Assembly: GCA_003152105.1 (NCBI GenBank)
Contig: PLZJ01000002.1
Location: 6,188-70,187 of the forward strand
Direction: 5' to 3'
Length of the DNA stretch: 64,000 bases
Origin: Candidatus Levyibacteriota bacterium
GTDB taxonomy: Bacteria > Patescibacteriota > Microgenomatia > Levybacterales > UBA12049
The notes beneath the pieces are model-generated. The model did not search any database, had not been told where the DNA came from, and saw only the letters and a program-made list of their open reading frames with translations. Made by a program: the position numbers and the translations under genes. Each line of letters begins with the position of its first letter. Position 1 is the stretch's first letter. Below, piece by piece: positions 22,277 through 31,200 of this stretch.

Positions 22277-25200
22277 ATGGAATTTATTAAGTCATTTATT
22301 GATTTCTTAATTGAGCATAAAAGCTCAAAAGCAACGGTGAAAAATTACCGAGCTGACATAAGCCAGTTCGTTAAGTGGTATGAGGCTACTTATAAAACTA
22401 CTTTTTCACCTAATGATGTAACGAATCAAATAATTGCATCCTATAAAACAGTTAGATTATCGTCCGATAGTAATAATACCCTTTCTCAAAAAACAATTGA
22501 ACGTCACCTATCTTCTCTTAGAAAATTCTTTTCCTATCTACTTTCAGAAAACATAACAACCTCAAACCCATTTGCTGCAAGTGAAGAAAAGCAGATTGAA
22601 AAAGATATTTGGCACATTCAGGCTTTCAAGAACTTCCTTTATGTAAACAATTCTTCTAACTTAACTATAAAAAACTATATCATAGATGTGCGACAGTTTC
22701 TAAAATGGGTCGAGGAAGTAGTGCAAGCTCAAGAAGCATGGATAGTTACGGATCAGAATATTTTTACATATATCAATAAAAATCTAATTGAAGAATATCG
22801 ATCTAGATTAATCGAAAGCTCGGGATTCTCCCCAACTTCCGTAAATCGAAAATTATCTTCTCTTAGAAAGTACATATCATGGGCAGTAGACAATGGAATT
22901 GTAGCTAACATAGAAGAAGATCCGATATCTAACAATTTAGTTAAAGATGATGTTTTAAAAAATATATCAGAAAATATCAATGATAATAAATATATAACAA
23001 ATAAGCACTTCGATGAAGTTATTGCTAACCAAACCAGTGCCTATTCCAGTATTCCACCTATTCGTTTAATTCAAAGAGCTTTTAAATTATTAGATTTAGC
23101 TTTTGTCTTTTTTCTAATAATTCCTACCGCTAAAGCTTTTAAGCTCAGCAAATATAATTTTTGGAAATTCAAAGGCAAGGAAGTTTTTACTTCTCAGACA
23201 CCAATTAGTCCTAAATTAGACTCAATAAACAAGCTAAATCGAATTCAAAATAATGTTAGCAATCGACTCCTCAATTTGCGAAAGCAAAATCCTAATATTA
23301 AAAAGATATTTTATGCTCCTCTTTCTGTCTCGACAAAATACATGCCTTTTCATAAAAAGTTATTGTTTCATCTTCGATATACAAGACCAAAATGGTACAA
23401 AAAGTATCACTCTTATTCAATTACTCATTATTTCCATTTTGCAATCTTAATTATATTTGCAAGTACTGTGGCATTTATTACTTACCAGCACTTTTTTCAA
23501 TCCAAGGGCAATCAAGCAGAAGCAGTTGCTCAAACAACGATTCCACGAATTTTATCTTTCCAAGGAATCTTAACTGATGCAAACGGAAATCCTATTGCAA
23601 CTACAAAACAAATTAGATTTGAGTTATATAACGATCCAAGCGCAACTGGATCTGGAAAAGAGTTGTGGGAAGAAGTCAGAACGGTTACACCAGATCAAAA
23701 CGGTATTTTTGCTGTCAATCTTGGTATTAATGGGGTATCAACTGGTAATTGTGCTTCATTCCCTCCTCCAGGACCTGCAACAGGAGCTTGTACGATTCCA
23801 GTTAGCGTATTTACGCAGAATTCAAATGTATACTTAGGTGTTACTATTGGATCTGATATAGAACTTACTCCTAGACAACAAATTGCTGCTGTTGGATTTG
23901 CAGCAAATTCTGAATCTCTGCAAGGATTGATTCCAACAACTGATACGGGTAGCATCAGCTCACTCAGTCTTGGAAACTACTACGAAGTACTAGCAACCGA
24001 TGGTAATGGAAACGTAACGCTTGGTGGAAGCACATTAACAACCATCCAAGAAACTGGAGGTGGACTTCGATTAATAGGAAATCCTTTAATCCTTACGACT
24101 GCTAATGGTGGCAATTTACAATTATCTACTGACACGAAAGGGTTAATTGATGTTCAAAAACCTCTTACCAATACGACAACAAATGGTAATGCCAGAATAA
24201 ATGGAACCGGGAACGTAACTGACACAGGAGCCGTTGAGGTAGATGGTTTATTTGCAACTTTAGCAACTTCATCAGGTCAATCAGCAGTAACAATCGATCA
24301 ACAAAGCACTGGACCAGTTCTTAGTGCCTCTGTTAGTGGACAAGCAGTATTTACAATTGATAATTCAGGTAATCTAACAAACAGTGGAAATATTACTACA
24401 TCGGGATCAGGAGCAGGATTAACTTTTAGTGGAGGCTCAACTCATAATATATCGGCTTCAGGTGGCACTCTTCAGCTTGGAGCGATTACCTTAAACGGCG
24501 CAATAGCTGGCGGAGGGCAAAACATAACCGGACTGGGGACTATAAACGGACTTGGCATAACTGCAAATACTGGAGTAATAACAACTGGAACTTGGAATGC
24601 AAATCCAATAAGTACACAATACGGAGGAACTGGACAGAACTGGTCATCTGCAGCGCAAGGATCAATTCCCTATTTTTCAAGTACAGGTGGAATGGGACTT
24701 ATTGGTGTAGGAAGCTCAGCACAATGTCTTATTGGAGGAACTACCCCAACTTGGTCTTCATGTTCTTCAGCAAGTAGTAATTATTGGCAATTAGATGCCA
24801 CGGGTAAAGTACTTTCACAAATAAATAGTTATGATTTAACTGTTGGAAGTTCACCAGCAACAGGTTCCTCAACGTCTTCTGCTGCATTCCAGGTTTTTGC
24901 ACTATCAAAAGGTAACACACCAGCAGGAACCATATCATCTGCTGGCAATCTACAAGTAGCTGGAATTGCTTCTTCTTCAGCACTTGCTGTTGGATACGGT
25001 ATAAATCAAGTAACGGCAAATAACCTCGTAGTTTCAGGAAATGTTGGGATTGGAACAAATACACCTGCAGCACTACTTGATATTGAAGGAACAACTGGAG
25101 CACCAAATGCTAACCAAGTTTTAAAAATAATAGGTGGAACAGGTGTTGGAGGAGGCTCAGGATTAGCTGGAGGTACTGGCGCCATTGCTTCTATATCTGC

Positions 25201-28200
25201 TGGCAATGGTGGAGCTGGAGGAAGTAATGCATCGGGAAATGGAGGATTCGGAGGAAATGGTGGAGGTCAACTAATTTTGGCAGGTAGTGGTGGCACAGGT
25301 GGAAATAGTACTCTTGCAAATCAATCAGGTGGATTTGGAGGACAAGGCGGAACTTTGGGTTTTGTAACTGGAAATGGAGGAAATGGTGGAAGTGATACTG
25401 CAGGATCAGGTGCTGCAACAAGTAATGGTGGAAATGGTGGAAATGGTGGGGATTTTAATCTTATTTTAGGCACTGGTGGACAAGGAGGAAGTTCGCATGG
25501 ATCTTCAAGTACGATCGGCCTTGGAGGAAATGGAGGATCTGTCTATCTACAAGCTGGAACTGGTGGAACTGCTGGCGCAGCAGGTAATGGCATAAATAAT
25601 GATGGACTTGGCGGAAATATAACAATTGCAGGTGGAACTGGAGGTTCTAGCACTCTTGGTACATTTGGTAATGGAGGAAAAGTGTATATTTATGGTGGCC
25701 TAGCAGGATCTGGAAGTGTTGGAAACGTTGTACTTGCTCAAACATCAGCAGGTGTAAATCAAGGTAATGTGGGAATTGGACAAGCAAATCCTACTTCTAT
25801 ACTCGACATTGGAACAGTAAATCCAACTATCCAAGCAGATAGTTCAAATACTAATTTAGCTTTATCAACAAATGGAACCGGTAGCCTATTTATTGATACA
25901 ACTGCTGCAGGAAATATTAAGATAGCGAGTAATGCTGCTCTACTTTCTTTGGGTAATTCTACTCACCTAACTACACTTCTTGGAAATAACATATATAATC
26001 CAAACATTACCGGAGCAGGAAATACAGGAGGAGTTTTCTATGATGCAAACAATCAAGGTTCACTTGCGGTTACTGCTGCTGGTTCTAATGGAAACTGTTT
26101 GTTATCTGGTGGAGCAGGTGCGCCAACATGGGGCAGTTGTGGATCAGCTGGCGGTAGTTATTGGCAACTAAATTCCAATGTAGTTTCTCCAGTTCAGAAT
26201 TATTTTGATCTATCTGTTGGCGGAACTGCAACTGCATCTGCTCCATTTCAAGTATTTGCAAGTAGAAATCCTTTAACCTTTACCCCAGCTGGGACAATAT
26301 CAACACTTGGAAACATACAGGTTGCAGGAGTTGCATCTTCATCTGCTTTAGCAGTTGGATATGGGCAAAACCAAGTTCAATCAGGTAGTGGAAATGCAGT
26401 GTTTTCTGGAAACGTAGGCGTAGGAACAAACACTACATCTAATGCACAACTTACAGATCAACTTTCATCATATACCCTCTTAAATAGTTTACAAGTTTAT
26501 TACAAATTTGATGAAAATAGTGGAACTATCGCCAATGATGCAACTGGCAATGGTAATACAGCTACATTAAATGGGGCAAATATTTGGACTTCAAGCGGGA
26601 AGATTAATTCAGGCTTACAACTAGATGGTTCAACAAATTATGTTAGCACCAACTATGTAGGTCCGCTTGGAAGTAATGCAAGAAGCGTAAATATATGGTT
26701 TAAGGGCTGGACAACTACTGAAAGAACTATATGGAATTACGGAGGCGCTGGAACTGCTGGAGCTTTAGATTTTGAAGAAGGGATTGGTGGAAATGGAAAT
26801 AGTATTGGATTTCGAACTGGTGGTGGAGCATATGGATATTGGACTACTAGTCTTACAAATGATGGACTATGGCATATGCTTACAGTTACTTATGCTGCTG
26901 GTGGATTAGAAAATACTATTAAACTTTATCTAGATGGCGTACAACAAAATAGTCTTACTGATAATTTTGGTGGAAATACCGTTAATACTACCTCAGGAGT
27001 ACTCACAATGGGTGATATTACTGGTACTGGAATATCCGGACTTGATGAATTTGCAGTTTGGGGAAGATCGCTTACATCTGCTGAAGTTACTCAACTTTAT
27101 AATAGCGGTTCAGGAAAACAATATTCCTTTACATCATTATTACAATTATTAAGTAATTCAGGTTCTGTCTTATCTTCTTTTAATGGCGCTGGTTCTTTAG
27201 GAATTGGAACTATCGCACAAAATGCACTTGATGTTTTTGGATCTGCGGCATTTGGTTCTTATGCTGGAAATCAATATGCACCAACCAATGGTCTTATTAT
27301 TTCTGGAAATGTGGGAATAGGAACAAGTAGTCCATCAGGGCAACTTCAAGTTTTTGGATCAAGTAATAATCCGACTGCTTCAATTTCTGCTAATTCTGCG
27401 TATACTGGCCTACTTGTAGATAATTCAGGCGGGACAAGTGCTCAAGGATCAATTTTTACTGCTTCAACTTCAGGCATAACTAAATTTACCGTTAACAATA
27501 ATGGACTTATTTTAGTCGGTACAAATTCAACTACTAATCCAGGAACCTTATCAGTATATGGAACCATACAAAGCAATGGCATTGCTAACGGTGGGACAGA
27601 TTTTCTCGCACTTGGCTTACCTTCTACTCCTACTGGACTACCACAGTATTTAGGTAATTGGCAAAGCACTCAGGCATGGGCTCTTGGGCCAATAAGTAAT
27701 TCTTCGACAGATAAAACCGTATATTTAGGAATAGCTTCTAATACTACAGGCACTTGGAATGGTGCAAGCTATGCAAACTTAAGTGTTGGTGGCAATGTAG
27801 CTGTTGGCTATCATTATCCCTCCTTTACTGGTATTGCATCACTTATCGTAAATCAACAAACCGGAGGTGCAGATCTAATTACTGCATCAGCTTCAGGTAC
27901 AACTAAATTTAATGTTGATAATAATGGAGATATAACAATAGCTGCAGGTTCATATATAGATACAAATGCTGGGGGCACTCTCTCTATAGGTACAAATAAT
28001 GCTACAACCCTTAATCTTGCAACAAATACCAATGTCACTGCCCTTTCAATTGGAAATGGCTCATCAGTTGATAAAATCTTTGGTTCAGGAATAACAACAA
28101 ATCAAAATAGCGTTCTTTACCTTGGTGCTGCTAATCAGCTTGGAGCCGCAACAACTGGTTCTTCAAATCTCTGCCTTGTTTCGGGAGCGAATACGCCAAC

Positions 28201-31200
28201 TTGGACAGCTTGTTCTGGGGTATCTTCAAACTATTGGATACAAACAAATGGAATTGGTGTAGCAAATGGTGGCTATACCGCTCTTGGAAATACCACAACT
28301 GATCTATTGATTGGTGGGACTTCAACTGCTTCTGCTGAATTTGCAGTACTAAACGTAGCGCCAGGTCTTACGCCAGTTGCTTCTGTTTCTGCAGGATCAT
28401 CTGGAACTGGAACCACAGAAAATTCAGGTATTTCACTATCTGCTAATGGAACTATACAAACTGTAGGAAGAACAACACTTACCGTTGGAGGCAATACAAC
28501 AGGAGATATATTTTTCAATCCTGGCGGTGTCGGACTTGGAAATTCTCTTTCCATAGATGTTGGTGGAAATGTAGGAATTGGTATGAATAATGGAAACGTT
28601 CCGAATGCACCCTTACAGATAAGGACTGCAATTCCTGATGTCAGCAATGGAACTGACATAAATATCACTGGAACCATGAGTTCTTTAACTAATGGTCAAT
28701 ATGGAGCAAGAATCACACCCCAACTTGGCATAAGCTCTAATCCTGCTAGTAATTTGTTTGAGTATGGGGCCGAAAACTCTCCTTCATTTAATATGGCAAA
28801 TACAGGAGTTACTTTTTCTAAAGTATTTTTAGTAGGCTCTGATGCTAATAATTTTCTTTCTGGAAATGGCATTCTTGGAACTTCAATCGGTTTTCAAACC
28901 GAAACAACACTAAATAATGATACAACTCGTGTTACTAATGCAATTGGATTAAATGTAGAAGGAATAGTAAAAAATTGTTTAACTTGTGTAGTTGGTAATA
29001 GTACGGGCATTGATATATTTGATCAAAGTGGTCTTGCCACAAATACAGCCAATCTTGTTATTAATACTAGTGGTACAGTACCAACTGGAAATTACAGTAT
29101 ATATAATGCAAGTTCACTACAAAACTATTTTGCAGGCAATCTTGGTCTAGGCACAGTTAGTCCAACTGCACAACTTCAAGTTGTTGGCACTAACTCTCCT
29201 ACTGCTTCTATTTCAGCAAATTCTGCGTTTACTGGTCTTGTCGTAGATAACAAAGGTGGAACAGCAAATCTAGGCGATATATTTACAGCATCTGCCTCAG
29301 GACTAGCTCGTTTCACGATTGCAAATAATGGAAATCTAACGTTAAATGGATCAACATATACAACAAACAACAATAGTGTTCTTTACACCAATGGGTCAGG
29401 AAATCTTCTTGCTGCAACAACAGGTTCTTCCAACCTCTGTCTTGTGTCTGGAGTATCTGCACCAACATGGACAGCTTGTTCAGGAGTTTCAAGCAACTAC
29501 TGGATACAAACAAATGGTATTGGGGTTGCTGGAGGAGGTTATACCGCTCTTGGAAATACCACAACAGATTTACTCATAGGTGGAACCTCCACTGCATCAG
29601 CTAAATTTGCAGTCTTAAACGTTGCACCAGGAGGAACTCCTGTTGCTTCTGTTTCAGCAGGAACATCTAGCTCAGGGACAACTGAAAACTCAGGTATTGC
29701 CCTTTCTGCAAATGGATCCATTCAGTCTGTTGGAAAAACAACACTTACTATTGGGGGAAATACCACCGGAGATATATCGCTTAATCCTGGAAATAATGGT
29801 GCAGGCACGCTCTATCTTGCGAGTACTGGTAATATAGGCATAGGAACTACAGCTCCTACGGCTCAACTTCAAGTTGGAGGAGGATTAAGTTCTCCAGGTA
29901 ATATCACAGTATCTTCTATTTCTGCAAATACTAATCAGGCTGGTTTAATAGTTGATAATGGCGGTGGATTAAATAATGCAGGAGCGATCTTTACTGCTTC
30001 TGCAGCTGGTATGTCGCGTTTTACTATTGCAAACTCTGGCAATCTAACGCTTAATGCATCAACTTATACCGCCAATAATATTAATGTTTTATATTCCAAC
30101 TCCTCTGGTAATGTTCTTGCAGCTTCAACTTCAACCGGAAATCTTTGTCTTACATCAAATAGTGGAGGTACTGCGGCTGCATGGGGCAATTGTTCTTCAG
30201 CTTCTAGTAACTACTGGCAGCTAAGCGGCAATGTTCTTTCCCCAGGACTTTTATCTGATGATTTAGTTATTGGAGGAAGCTCAACTTCTTCTGCGGCATT
30301 TCAGGTGTTTTCAGGTAAAAAAACATATGGAGCCATAACAGAACCAGCTGGAACTGCGTCTTCCTCTGGAGACTTATCTTTTGGAGCAGCAAATGGAACA
30401 ACGCAAAATTTAAATATATTAAATGGTAACTCATTTCAAATCAGAACTTCACCAGGTGGACCAGAAGGATTACTCGCTACTCCTGCACTGTATGTTAAAA
30501 ATAATGGCAACGTTGGCATTGGCACAGTAGCTCCAGCTTCAAAACTTGAGGTAAATGGTGACATTTCTTCAAAAAATACTTCTGTACAAGGATATGTATA
30601 TGCATACGATACTTCAGGATCACATTATGTGAGAATGTATAACGACGGTACAAACGGATACGTATCGCTTAGCGATGGAGCGACATTAGGGATTTCTTCA
30701 AATACATATGTCTTTACGCAAACACAACAATATTTTAGAGCTCAAGGAAACACCTTTACAAATTATGTTGGCTTACAAGATACAGATGCAACTGGAGGAA
30801 AACTTACAACTTCATTTGCAAATTTAAATATTAATACTGATATGACAACAGTGGTTAATACTACCGGAACAAATGTATCAGATATATTTGCTGCTTCAAG
30901 TTCTGCAACTACAAGATTTGTGATTAACTCAAATGGAAATGTTGGGATTGGCACTTCTCAACCAGGAGCACAGCTACAGATTGTAGGCACCAATGCGCCG
31001 ACGGCTTCCATTTCAGCAAACTCCGCCTATGCTGGGCTGGTTATTGATAATAAAGGAGGAACAAACAATGGCGGCGACTTGTTTACTGCGTCTTCTGCAG
31101 GACAAACTCGATTCAGAATTGCAAATACTGGTGCTGCCTTATTTCAGGGAGATACTTTAACTTCAATTGGTAATGGTGCTCAATATAATGGAAGTAATGC

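Noticed and set aside
22081-22290. 69-aa ORF upstream of giant 1
   Set aside because: It reads through the 9-bp repeat (RIIRIIRII), overlaps the giant's start and shows no recognisable features. Probably non-coding leader.
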